Source: Nemertoderma westbladi
Taxonomy: Eukaryota > Animalia > Xenacoelomorpha
DNA: 64,000 bases
Assembly (NCBI GenBank): GCA_032718475.1
Contig: JAUCBJ010008117.1
Coordinates: forward strand, 81,195-145,194
Direction: 5' to 3'
The notes under the pieces were generated by a model. The model was not told the origin of the DNA. It searched no databases and saw nothing but the letters and a program-made list of their open reading frames with translations. Numbering within the stretch: position 1 is the first letter of the stretch; each line of letters opens with the position of its first letter. Position numbers and translations under genes: made by a program. Of the stretch, positions 22,051 to 35,669 are shown in pieces.

Positions 22051-24597
22051 ATTTTTTATTAAGTGTCATTAAAAAATCAGATATATAGGATAAATTTGAT
22101 GGCAAACTGCGACAATTTAATTGAAATACTAAGAGAGATGGGGATAGGTCAGAATTTTTTTAGTTCGTTGTTGAAAGATTGTTCTGTATAAGTACCTCCA
22201 TCTACAGTAGATTAAAATTAGTTAATTTAGTCTCAGAGTCCAGATGGGAAAATGTTTGATTTTGTACATTAGTGTTTTGAAAATTAGTCTCAATAGGAAA
22301 AATATCAACATCATCTGGACATACAGAATAAAATGGAAAAATCTCTGAGTAATAATCAACACAATAGATATCCGCTCGATTACGCTCAGCATCAACAAGT
22401 TCACATGGGAGTAGCTACATGAGCCGCATGGTAGGGTATTTATTAAGGCAAATGCTACAAGTAAAAATATTTTCAGACATATCAAATCTAGAATAGCAAA
22501 AGGTACCTACATGAGGGTTGGCGAGAGGGGCGGGGGGTTGGGGGTTACTGTACACAGAAAAGTAGAAAAAAAACAATCAAAATTAAAATCTTAACACGCT
22601 ACAAAAATATATTTACGAGGTTCTGCCTTGAACACGGCGATAAGAAGATGAACTCAATATACAGTAGGAGTTATATTTATTTGCTAACGCTTACCTTTTT
22701 ATTTTTCCATTTATGATATTATAAACGTCACATGATTTAACTTTTGTAGAATCTGACCACGAATTATGACCTCTTCCATTGCAACAGCAAATCCCTGGTA
22801 TTGTACCTGAATTAGTGTTGGGTGTCTATAAAGCTTTTAAAATATTTTTTCCATTATTCACAGTTCCATTACAGTTTTTGCCGCATTTATATTTTGTTAA
22901 GTTTTGGATCACCAGGGATTGAATGGATGCAAACTCTTTATTTTTGTATTTCGAAATCCATTTTTTATGAATAATACAAAACAGTATTCTTGAATAATTT
23001 ATTATAACGAACCTATTAATAGGCCAGGATAGTTCTTGTCAAGAGTTGAGCCGTTCAAAAACACGATGTGTGTATGGGGTGGTGGTGTGTGTGTATCCAA
23101 TCCAATATCTTAAAAACTCAAGCAGGTATGCAAAAATTTTAATAACAAACTCTACATAAATTTTGGTTGCGCACAAGACTATATTTTTTGTGGCGTTTCG
23201 ATCACGGGGTTACTGAAAAATAGCGGTTTTGAAAATTTAATGTCGAATTTCACCGATTTCAACTCGTCGAGTATGCACAAACATTTATATTTGGGCTATT
23301 CAGTCATTTGAGCAACATATTTGAGCCTCAGAATCTTTTCAAATGTCGCCAATCTCGCACAGAACGTCCCTAAAATTCTGGCCCCGGCAAAAAAACGCAC
23401 TAATTCGTCTAAAAGAGTAAATTATTTAGTTGCGGAATAATATGATTCAACTAGAAAAGCCAGCAAGCTGGCTATAAGGAGAGCGTCCATAGACAAACAT
23501 AGTGTTAGTTGGGTCCCTCCTCATTCATTATCATCAACCTATAAAACATTTGAACGGCCCACTGCATACAATTCAATCAGCTGGCCTCCCACATAACATA
23601 GCAGTGAGTAGTAGTAACCTTATAGATATTCCCATAGGATTCACTGGGAAGAGCTATTCAGCTGGCGGGGTAATACATTATACAAACTAAAAGTTGATGT
23701 TTGATTACTGTCTGGGTTAGAGGGAGATAGTAAATAAATTTAGCAAGTAATATAGGCCTACTTCTGTGCAGTTTGGGCCTATCCATTCAATCAAAAGTAG
23801 TAGCTTACAGGGCCCTCATGAGTACCAGCAGCTGGTGTTTCTATCGTTGAGTTCATGGCAATTTTCGTGTTTCATGAATTTCATCGTTACGGAATTACAT
23901 TTCGCACGACTTTTCCCAGATAAAGTGTTACCTGGTGTTTCGAAGATGACTTAAATGTACTTTTTGTGGAGCATAGTAAGACAAATTATCAGAGAACATA
24001 TTGGTTTCGTTAGTTTTATTCAATTTGCCTCGGATTTATTATTTTTAATATCGCAAACATTACGTTACGGAATTACACAAAAAAGACAAGGCTTTTTTTG
24101 AATTTTTTTAAAGTGAAAGTTCTGCGAATTATTGAGTTTTAAATTTTAACTAAACATATTGCGCATAAGTGGAGATGTTCAAAATGTCCGCCATGGTAAA
24201 GATTAACCAGATTTAGCAATCAATTTGGTGTTACAGCATTATTGGTGTCGTTACGGAATTACAAACCAGATCGTTACGGAATTTCGTGCGAATTGGCGAC
24301 GTTATTGAACTGGGATTATTGTCATCGTGCGTGATATACATACAACACGTTCGTGGGGACTTCGCGCAGCACGAGGCCTAGTTATTATATACAAATTAAA
24401 ATGCAGCGACTGTATCACAAAATCAGGTTTTGAGAAATTTACCCACACCACCAATCAATCAAAGAAAGGTGGACAGTACGTGTTCACCCCTTTTAATCTC
24501 CCCCCCCCCCCCCCCCACCCTTCCCAACCACCAATACATAACCGCGACATCTACCACCCACGGAAGGGTAGCACGAACTTATTTCCAATCGCACGTT

Positions 24598-24890
24598 AAA
24601 TATGCAAAGCCAGGTGGTTTATAGGAATATAATAAACGCAGTACTCGTTTTCATTATAAGCCTCTTTGCGTTCGTCCTGTTTTGTATTTAAATATATTTC
24701 TTAAACGCAAGCTAGGACGATCTTTATAATAATAATAACTAGGGATGCGATCAATATGTGAAGCCAGGTGGTTTATATAATAATTTAGTCAACGCAGTAC
24801 TCGTCTTCATTATATGCCTCGTTGCGCTCGTCGCTTGTCCTGTTTTGTCATAAAATATTTTTCCTAAACGCAGACTGACGATCTTTATAC
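24598..24890. repeat. Two diverged ~140-150 bp direct repeats
   Basis: AATATG..AAGCCAGGTGGTTTATA...ACGCAGTACTCGT...GACGATCTTTATA occurs twice. Confidence 0.7.
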
Positions 24891-25891
24891 AGTTATAACT
24901 ATGCGAAGTTTCGAAACTGTGCGAGTAACTGTTGATACATCTATGTGGAGATGTGTGATATGTGGAGATGTGTGATACAACGCCAACGCATCTTATGCCG
25001 ATGTAGTAATATGGGTATTGAAATAATATTAAATCAATGTACACTCTTAAAGCTGCAGCGAAAAAATGTAGCTAATTTCCTAGGTTACATATAAAATAAT
25101 AATATTATTTTTAAGAACATTAATTTTACTACTTTGTAAAAATTCAATTAAAAAATAACCAGACATATACATTGTGGAATAAACTATTTCAGAAGCCTAC
25201 AACAGCCATGCCATGGATTGTATTTATGTTATTATATCTGTCATTTAACTGAGATAGCAATAGTAGTAATAGTCGAACGGTTATGCGGCCCGTCCAGCCT
25301 ATAATAAACACAATTCAGTGATTGGGCTGGAATAGCAATACTGGTTGCCTCTATTACAATTCCTCTCAGGTTAGTCTACAGCCACAACTCCCAGCAGCTA
25401 GCTCCACACCAGCAGAGACTTGACCAATAATGGGAAGGATTAAATTTGTACTCAATAATTGTGCGGTTTAATTACGTTTAGATCAATTAAAGACACATTT
25501 ATTAAAGCAAATCACTTAAACTAATTAAAAACTATAATAGAATGGCGTATGGGGATTATATCTGTATAATTTTTAAGTATAATTATTTAAATCTTATACT
25601 GTAAAACAATTAATTTCCTTTAAAAGGCAGGTTGAAAATGGCGTTTTCACCGCAATCAACTTAATTAACTAATTAACTGCTATTATCTTAGCTTCTCGAA
25701 GGCCACACGGAAATTCTACTTGGAAAATTTCTAAACTTTTGCCAAACAACATGTGTACCAAGTTTGGATAGATTTCATCAAAGATTGGCCGAGTTATTAA
25801 CGTTTAAAATTGAACACGACAGAACGACAGAACGACAGGTTGATTAATGGTACCACTACGCTAAGGCTCACTCACTTCGTGGCTCGCCCCA

Positions 25892-26381
25892 CATCATGGC
25901 CTGGAATATAGTGCCATAATTCAATGACACTACCCCCCCCCCCCCCCCGCCAATTTTTCTACAAGTCTAATGAGATTGATTGAAATTTGAAACAGAGAGG
26001 ATTTCATTTCACGACCACTTAGTGGGAGAGCCGGAATTTTTATTTTTGCTTTTAATCTATAGCTACTGTACAAGCGTTTTTAAAAAAAAGAGTCGCCGGC
26101 GATATTGCACCAGTTACATTGCAGCTATTTCCCAACCAAATTCAAATGTTTTTACATCCTTGGAATCCTTGCTTGCACAGCCAGCTTTACATCAGCACCA
26201 ACAAATCACTGGTGCAATATCGGCGGAGACTCTTTTTTTATCGCTTGTAGCTAAAGATTGAAAGCAAAAATAAAAATAATGGCTCATCATCTCATTTATC
26301 ATTACGATTTGTAGAAACATTTGGGGGGGGGGGGGGGGGCTCGTTTCATTGAATTACGACACTATATTCCGGGCCATGGTG
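25892..26381. mobile_element. Foldback MITE, same family as 49646-50545
   Basis: TIR CA(T/C)CATGGCC(T/C)GGAATATAGTG followed by a poly-C/poly-G run; the internal arms are also complementary. Confidence 0.8.
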
Positions 26382-26448
26382 TATAAAAATGGTAATTTAA
26401 TACAATACTTTACGTATCGCACGTATTTACGTATTAACGTATCGCATT

Positions 26449-27375
26449 GTACCAGTCTACACCAAAACTAATGTCCCGCAGTGTACCAGTCTACACCAAT
26501 ACTAATGTCTCGCTGTGTACCAGTCCACACCAACACTAACGTCCCTCAGTGCACCAGTCTACACTAACACTAATGTATCGCAGTATACCAGTCTACACCA
26601 ACACTAACGTCTCGAAGTGTGCCAGTCTACACCAACATTAACGTATCGCAGTGTACCAGTCTAAACCAACACTAACGTCTCGCAGTGTACCAGTCTTAAC
26701 CAACACTAAAGTCTCTCAGTATACCAGTCTACACCAACACTAACGTCTCGAAGTGTGCCAGTCTACACCGACATTAACGAATCGCATTGTACCAGTCTAC
26801 ACCAACACTAACGTCTCTCAGTGTACCAGTCTAAACCAACACTAAAGTCTCGCAGTGTACCAGTCTACACCAAAATTAACGTATCGCATTGTACCAGTCT
26901 ACACCAACACTAAAGTGTCGCAGTGTACCAGTCTACACCAACACTAAAGTGTCGCAGTGTACCAGTCTACACCAACACTAACGTCTCGCAGTGTACCAGT
27001 CTACACCAACACTAAAGTGTCGCAGTGTACCAGTCTACACCAAAATTAACGTATCGCATTGTACCATAGTCTACACCAAAATTAACGTATCGCATTGTAC
27101 CAGTCTACACCAACACTAAAGTGTCGCAGTGTACCAGTCTACACCAAAATTAACGTATCGCATTGTACCAGTCTACACCAAAATTAACGTATCGCATTGT
27201 ACCAGTCTACACCAACACTAAAGTGTCGCAGTGTACCAGTCTACACCAACACTAACGTCTCTCAATGTACCAGTCTACACCAACACTAAAGTCTCGCAGT
27301 GCACCAGTCTACACTAACAATAACGTCTCGCAGTGTACCACTCTACAGTCTACACCAAGAATAACGTCACGCATT
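26449..27375. repeat. 34-bp minisatellite, ~27 copies
   Basis: Unit GTACCAGTCTACACCAACACTAACGTCTCGCAGT. Confidence 0.95.
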
Positions 27376-28717
27376 GTTGGAAAATTGTAATTCCGTAACG
27401 TAATTCCGTAACGTGAAATTGTAATTCCGTAACGCAAATATCTCGACTTATATATCACATTGCCACAAAAGGAAAATAATTGGGTATTGCCCAGCGGGTA
27501 GAGGAAGATAATTTAAAATTTAAATGTCACATGTTGAGTTGTTGAAAAGCTATTTTAAAAAATGTCATGTTTTCGTTACGGAATTACGAAATTCGCAATA
27601 GCGTTTTGTTATTTTTTCAAACGAAGTTGATTGATCTCTAGGAAACCAAAATTAATTTATTTCTTAACTACAACCGAGGTTGAACCATTACTCACACAGG
27701 CAATTAGACAGACTAGGATTAATTATATTTATAATGACTGTATTTGCGCCATAATTGTAGGCAAAATTCGCACAGAGATTTTGGAAGATGTAAAAAAATG
27801 TACAGTCAATTTCAATTTGCAAGTAGGAGCCCACACAAAGCGGAATTTGCTTCCAATTTCTCATTTCAGATACTTTAGGATGTTAGGCATGAGATCCAAT
27901 CATTAAAAAGATTATCTGCGAAGGTTTTTTTATGAGCCCCTATGTCCGTTTATTCGTGAAATTCATGGTTTTCGTTTTCGCTCACTCAGGGTACAGGTTT
28001 GAAGGGCAGATTCGTTTAAAGCCAGCTTGCTGGCTTTCTAGTTTTTATTTAATCTATTTCTAGAAAGTATTCATAACCAATGAGTTTTGGGATTGCAATT
28101 TTCGAACAGCGCGTCTGTCTGTAAATATCCTTATTTAGTATTTAATAATATTATAATACTTTTACCTAGAATAGGTTCATCACCCTTGTAGATATCTCTT
28201 AATAATTTAGTCGTGGGCTTATCCTGTATGGTAGGTGCGTTCATGTCCATCATTTTATTATCCCTCAAACGCCGTGACAGTAACTTTATGTTGTGTGGGT
28301 TTCGTAGCAACCAACGTACCAGTTGATACTATTGGATGAAATAAAGATAAGAAAAATAATAATAAAATAATTATATAAATTTAATCCTAGAACATCATAG
28401 AACTACATGACGCTGTTGGTATATACGGTATATATATATGATATAGATGCACCAAATTATTAGTTCAAATAATTAGTTCTTATCAGTTAAAACATTCCCT
28501 TATAAACATAGTGAGAGCACCACCCTGCAGACACGACGTATATGCGACTAACATTTCACTCATTGTATAAGAGATCTTGGTGGAGGTTAGGATATTCTAC
28601 ATTGACTATCCTAAAGGACAATATTATTGATGTTCAGATTAATTGGCCTGTAGATTTAAATGGTTGATCGCGAACTACAGTATGTATCAATTATTTAATT
28701 TTTAAGAACATTGATTT

Positions 28718-30786
28718 TACTACTACTACTAGGTCGAGCGAACTCGGACATTGGAAATGAGATCCTTCCAGGCTTCCCGATTCTCCATAGTTGTCGCAAT
28801 TTCGTTTCTCCTAAGTTCAGTATCCCTTTCAAGTTATCTATATATGTTATGGCCGGTCGTCCACGACTACGCTTTCCATGGGTTGGTTGCCCGAAAAGTA
28901 GATCTGGTATGACCTCGTCTTTACTTCGCCAGCAGTTCCCACTGAATCTTAATCTGCGTTCACAGAGGGTGGTTAATACACGTGGTATTGTACCATAACG
29001 CTTGGCGTTTGTCATGTGTTGTCTCCAGCTGATGTTTAGGGCTGCCCTTAGTAGTCTTGTGTAGCAACCATTAATTCGTTGTTCAAGTGATTTAGTCAAT
29101 GAGTGTCCAGGTCTCACCCCCGTATAAAAATACACTTTCCACTGTGGCTCGAAAGAACTTAGTCTTCAGGTGCCTGGAGAGATCTGATTTCCAGATGGTA
29201 TCCATTTTTGATAGAGCTAACCCAAGCCTTTGCTTTCCTAACTTCTATGTCCTTTTTGCTACTCTCTATCCATGATCCAAGGTACTGGAAGTCGTCGACC
29301 TTCCTTAGTTGATTATTATCAATAGTTGTCAAGTTTCCATCAACAATAAAGGTCATGAATTCGGTCTTGGTAGCATTTATATGCAATCCAACCTCCTTAG
29401 CAGCCCTCTCCACTTTATTTAGTAGAAGCTGTGCATCTGCTAGCGTATTAGAGAGCAGGGCGATGTCATCCGCAAAGTCGGTGACTGCGACTGTAGTTGC
29501 CGGATATCTACTACTTCTGCGTTCTTGAAGTGTGAATCCCAGATCTTCACCCTTTGTGGCCATCCTCATTGCGTAATCCAGCACAATTAGAAATAGTAAT
29601 GGTGCTAATGTGTCACCTTGCAGTACGCCAGCCAGGATTGAGACAAACTCAGTTTCACCATCTGGTGAGAGTACCTGCGCTTCTGTGTCACAATATAACA
29701 ATCCAATGCCAGCAACAATTACTTCTGGTATTCCATAAGCTCTTAGGATTTCAAGCATTTTTCCTCTATGGATGGAGTCGAATGGCTTCTTGAAGTCCAC
29801 AAAAGTCATGACTGCGGGGAGATTCTTTGATTTAATTCCTTCAATCAGTCTCCGTAGTGCAAGTATCTGAGCTATTGTTGATCTACTTGTTCGAAATCCG
29901 TTTTGGCTCTACGCAGTAGTTTCTCTATGTGAGGCCTAATCCTATATACTGTAGAATCATTTTATTGTATATTTTGGCAGGTACCACAAGCAGACAGATC
30001 CCACGACAGTTTGTTGGTATACCGAGGTCTCCTTTCTTGGGCAGAGGCTTTAGTTGACCTTTAGTCCAAATTGGTGGTGGCTTTTCCCCTTTTAACACCC
30101 GGTTGCATTCAATAATGTTTAGCACTCCTGTTTTCCATACCTCGGCTGAGATTTCATCTAATCCACTCGCTTTATTATTGGCCATGCTTTTAATGCTTGC
30201 TTTAGAGTTCGACAGGTGTGAAGTCCCGTGTTTCTATAGGTAGTGTCTTGTCATATATTTTCCTTGTAGGGCTGACCGCGATGTTTGGTGGCTGCCCAAG
30301 CAAGTTGCTGAGGTGATTTTTCCACTTCCCAACACGTTCTTCAGGACTATCGGCTTTGAGGCGCCCCTTTGCACAACTTTTCCGACCAGATACCTCATTT
30401 ACAGTTTGCCAGGTAAGTCTTGATTGTTGCTGTATGTGAGCAGTTGTAATTGCTTCAGTTTTATCCTGTATGTACTTTTCCTGGCTGATGTTTTAGGCCA
30501 ATTTAAGATCGTCCTTAGCTTTCTCAACCTTGTTAATGTTTTCAGTTGTTGGTTGTTCGGTTTTAACTTTGTAGGCTATCTTAAGATCTTCTCTCTAACC
30601 TCTGAGTTTTGCCATGGCACATACTGTTTTCGTTTGGGTTTCTGGGGGATATGCCTCTTAGCTGATTCCTTGTGGGCTGTTATTATATTCTGGTATATTG
30701 AATCGGTGGACTGGTCTTCATCCATTGACTGAAGTGCTTCAAAGCGGTTTTGAAATTCTACTGTGTAAGCCTTCTACTGTGTAAGC
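28718..30786 (-). mobile_element. RTE-clade LINE, copy 2 (shorter and more decayed)
   Basis: Colinear and highly similar to 5113-7170, with the same (TAG)n tail, several indels and a short duplication (TTCTACTGTGTAAGC) at the 5' junction. Confidence 0.93.
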
Positions 30787-32054
30787 ATTCAAAAACGGGC
30801 TGATGTTGAGGGATCAATGTATAATTAAAATTATTGAAATAAACATAGAAATAAAGAACAATTACAGATTCCTTTTCTAAATTTTTGAAGAGGGGTTTGC
30901 ACAAGGCGCTGACATTTAGACCGAGAAGGGAAGGTCAGCCGTGGGCAGGGAGCTTTAAATACCACCTGCAGCTTAGTCGTGATTGGAGTAACGTTTCGAT
31001 CCACCCATTGGGTGAATCGACTCGCTAGAGGGCACGGCCTTGGGGTACTAAGGAAGACGTGAAACTATACGTTTCGACCCAATATATGAAAGCGGGATCG
31101 AAACGTGCAGAAATAATTGTGGTTTACAATATACGTAGGTTTGCGGCCGTTAAAAATACTAGAATAAGCACAGATAGGTCGGTTATTCTTCACATGGCTG
31201 AATGTTTTCATTTCAGACATTTCTAAAATGTTTTCATTTCAGCCCACTTTGGTAGACTAGATAACTGCCGAGGGATTACTGTCCCAAAAAATACGCAGCC
31301 TGTGGATGGTCAACAGTATCACCTTTCATACCTTTCGTCCTCTAGCGGCAGGCCGGAGAACTACAGACCGATTACCGACCCCACAAAGATACAAGACAAG
31401 GCGCTCTCCAGGTGTAATGTCCTTTATCCTAGGGGGCCGCAGCGTTTTTGGAGTAGAAGGTGACCGAGGAGGGTTTCCACGAGAGTTTGGGATTAATAAA
31501 TTGGGTGAAAGGCGCATCTGGGCGGCTCACCCGACAGTCGATAAGATTCCAAGCCAGCCATTTCAGCCTTGAGGAAGAAAAGGAGCGCCTCAAGGATGTT
31601 TTCTAGCACAAGTCTGACAAAGTTTCAGTTTGAACTGATCGTAAATAACTGAATGGGTGATAAATTTCACTTTCAGTCAATTTTCCCTCTAAAGGCAAAT
31701 TTAAAACTGCAGACGGAATATATCCGTTTGAATCACACAGCTAATGGTCCAGTACAAATCTGTCTAGTTTCAGTTTGAACGGATTAAAAGCAAAGAAATG
31801 GGAGGACATTTAACGTTTAGATATGTAGGCCCTAGTCCTCTAGCAGGAGACTGTTGAAGTGTTGGTGTCTGAAAATTCAACTTTTGCTCTTATGCCTACA
31901 AATTTTCAACTCGAGATCTCTAAGTCTCTAGTCATTAGCATATCAAAATCGTAACGACAACAACTATTTGCCAACATTAACCCATCATCTTAAAAGTTTC
32001 AGTTCGTACTTCGAATTTTTTTGCCAAAAAAATTTCTAGGCTCTATCATGGATC

Positions 32055-33098
32055 CATTTTCATTTTTCCATTTTATTACTGTTCTTGGGCATCATTTGGG
32101 TTCAGAAAATGAATTTTTACAATAGTAACCATTTTCTTGAATGCTCAAAATATGTATTTTTAAGCAATATTAAATTCTATTTGAATGAATTTTTTGTAGT
32201 GTTTTTTTTATGGAAGCTATTATCGGTATTTATGCTACAGTATATACAGTAAAAATTTATTTTTGCATACGCTAATGACGGGACGGAAAATGAAAATAAA
32301 TTGAGATAATTAAAATGCCAATATTTTATAGGGCATTAAGTTTAGCCTGGGTACCAATATGTTAATTGTACTGTGTTTTATCTTTGTGTGTGTTATAAGA
32401 TTTGATTTTATAAAAAAATATAAAATTCTAGAACATAGTTGTACCTTCCCACAATATTGGTAGCTTTAAAATTGCCATTTGTTGTGTTATTTTTATTGTA
32501 ATTTTTACTAGCTTATAAAGATAATGGTAGCTATAAAGAGAAAGGTTTTATTTTACACTTTTTATTTGGGCAAAGGAAATCGCACTTTCTTCGTTTTCCA
32601 GTATCTTATTAATTTTCCTTAAAATATCCGCTTAATGTCTGCAAAAGTGCGGATAATATAATTATTTATTACATGGGAAAAAAAGTAGAACTTTTTTTCA
32701 CTATTCTCGAGGCATTTTATTTACTGAGCGTCAGCGAGGTTAATAAAGGGTCGAGAGGTCTAGATTCATGTTCTACAGTACGTCTTAAAATGCCCTATAA
32801 AATATTGCATTTTAATTATCTCAATTTATTTTTAATTATCTCAATTTATTTTCAATAGGGTACCGTCCCGTCATTAGCGTATGCAAAAATAAATTTTTAC
32901 TGTATTTAGCCGAAATACCGATAATAGCTTCCATAAAAAAAACACTACAAAAAATTCATTCAAATAGAATTTAATATTGCTTAAAAATACATATTTGGAG
33001 CATTCAAGAAAATGGTTACTACAGGGTGTATTGTAAAAATTCCTTTTCTGAACCCAAATGATGCCCAAGAACAGTAATAAAATGGAAAAATGAAAATG
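32055..33098. mobile_element. Foldback element with ~285-bp inverted arms
   Basis: 32055-32337 is the reverse complement of ~32790-33098, with a few indels. Confidence 0.85.
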
Positions 33099-33849
33099 TT
33101 TTAAGTTACTGTATTACTGTACGTTACGGTTGAAAAACTGAACTTTTTACGTTACGATATTACATTACGGAATAATTTCCAAATTACGTTACGTTACTGT
33201 ACAGTATTCCGAAAAAAATAATTTCGTATTACCGAAAATACCGTAACGTAAATAACCGGTGCAGATTGCCATAGATACAAAGGGATATTTAAAGTTTCAT
33301 CCTAATTTTGTCTGAAGTATAGTTTCAATGTTTAGAAATAGCAAATTAACTTAACATAAAAATAACTTTAAATTGGTAGAACGGCTCGTGGCTTGTGTTA
33401 TAATAGGTTGTCATAATAAGACAAACAGGTAGCGGTGGCCCTGTAGGTCGTAGGCCTACCATGTAACCTGCTGACCTGTCCTGTAAATCTATGATCTATA
33501 CCATTGCAGCAGACTGCGTTGTTATAGGCTACTGCTAGGATAGAGCAGGGCCTCAGTATAAATAGTTCAGTCAGTAGCCCTAGCCTAACATTTATTAAAA
33601 CCTAATGTTTAATTAAAACTTTAACTCAACAACCATTAATTAATTAGTAATTATTTTTAAATAATTATAGTATACAGTATATTAATATTAAAGCTTTTGA
33701 CTCTGTTCCCAGATCAAGTATACTCTCAAAATTTTACAACTTCGGAAAAAAAGGTAAACTTAGGGTGCTTATAAGCATTATGCTTGTTGCCCAATTTGGT
33801 GAACTTCGATGTCCAATATAATAAATCTAATGTTAAACTAAACTAATAA

Positions 33850-34985
33850 AAGGTAAACTGTTTATTTTACTGAAGGACCTTCTGCTTGGTAACACAATAC
33901 GAATATTCAACGGCATCCAACTATCGAAAATAATAACTCAACTGCGTGGAGTTCTTCAGGGAGATTTCCTTAGCCCCACACTTTTTGCCTTAGCCCCACA
34001 CTTTTTGCCTTAGCGCCACACCTTTTTACCTTAGCGCCACACTTTTTGCCTTAGCCCCACACTTTTTGCCTTAGCCCCACACTTTTTTGCCTTAGCCCCA
34101 CACTTTTTATTATAGTTATTGCAGACCTCGCCTCAATACTACGGGCAATAGCTTCTACCATTTGTTTTACGCCGACGACCTGGCAAAATACTCCCGAAAT
34201 CCCATTGACATCCAGAATGAGTTAAATAAATTACATAAATGGTGCAATCTTAATGGAATGGAGGTCAATTTGGTGAAAACCAAAATAACTAAGTTAAGAA
34301 AGGGTGGGCCATTAGCTCAAACTCACCATTTTACATACAATGGAGCTACTGTAACCATATTTGCAACGAATATGAATATCTTGGGGTCGCTCTACAACCA
34401 ACACTGCTTCTCCCAACACATAAAATCTAAAAAGAAAAAGGCTGACCGTGTCACTGAATTACTTCCACCTTCTTTCGGTTGAAACGGGCTTTTCAATATT
34501 TCGAATTAAAATTGCTCCTATAGTATCATATTTAATAAACGCCATCGGCAGTTATCTCACCCTATCACACATAAAAGAGATATGGACAAAGTGAAATATA
34601 AACATTATAAACGGTTACTCCGCCTTCACAGCTGTCAGCTCTGCATCATCCACAATGGCCTTGAAACTTGTCAATCAAAACACCTTTATAGAGGATATAC
34701 TTGAACAATACCCACACGCTTTCAACCTTGAAACTCTTAATCAATACCGAGCTCACAGACATGAAAGAAATAAACTTCATAAACCAACAATACACTACAG
34801 GACCCGCCTTCACAAACCCAACCTGGAAAACCGGTGGTTAACAGAACATATTCCTAGTTACTAATTTCACTGCGCATGGGTACCATCACAAATTATGCTG
34901 CAACCCCACCCCGTTCCACATAATCTCCGATAACAACTGCCGCTGTAAACTATGTTCCACCTCCGGAATCTTATGGTACCACGCT
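33850..34985 (+). pseudogene. Decayed LINE RT 3' fragment related to the 51560-55400 family
   Basis: QLRGVLQGDFLSPTLF, FYADDL, KWCNLNGMEVNL and a C-terminal HGYHHKLC...CRCKLC. It is flanked by TTACGTTACGG repeat clusters (33110-33250, 34995-35146) that suggest a host MITE. Confidence 0.75.
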
Positions 34986-35669
34986 AAAACAAATATTACG
35001 CTATTACGTTACGGTTTACGGAAAAAATATACAGTAAAATTACGTTACGGTATTGAAAAAGCTATTACGTTACGGTTTACGTTACAGGTATATTGAGCTA
35101 CGGTATTTCTGAAAAGGTACCGTAACGTAACGTAATAACATCCTTGGTTACTGCAATTCAAATTATTATTGTACTCTTCAACTTCTGATGATGCCTAACT
35201 CAATGTTAAATAATTTAGTATTCTCGAATATTTATTACATAACTAAAGAGCCGCTTAAACCAATATTGGATATTTAGTTCCGTTTTCGAGTACGCCGCGC
35301 AGACACAACTTTTCCATAACTTTTGAGTTAATGCATAGATTTTGCTCAAATTAGGTCAAATTCCTGCGTAGTGTAGCGGTTTTTCAATGATTCCCTAAAA
35401 ACACATATACAGATAAAAGTCAAAATTATGGTACCCAATCTATTCAATGTAGAATCTAATTCATTGTACACCTAGGCAGCTAGATAATCATTAATAATGT
35501 AATAAATTCAATATTTTCGTGATTATATTTTTAAATCTAATGATAATTCGCTTAACGTGGTTTTTGGCAAAGTTTGGAGTTGGACCCCGTTCATGAAAAC
35601 AACATGAAAAATATTTCATGGGTGGCTTTATAAATTAAAGATGTAATATAATGGTTTTGTTCAGAAATG

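Larger units (their letters stand above)
23449..28043. mobile_element. Possible nested composite element bounded by inverted hairpin motifs
   Basis: AACTAGAAAAGCCAGCAAGCTGGCT at ~23450 and its near reverse complement at ~28020-28043. CGTTACGGAATTAC repeats at 23885-24285 recur inverted at 27385-27435. Confidence 0.35.
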
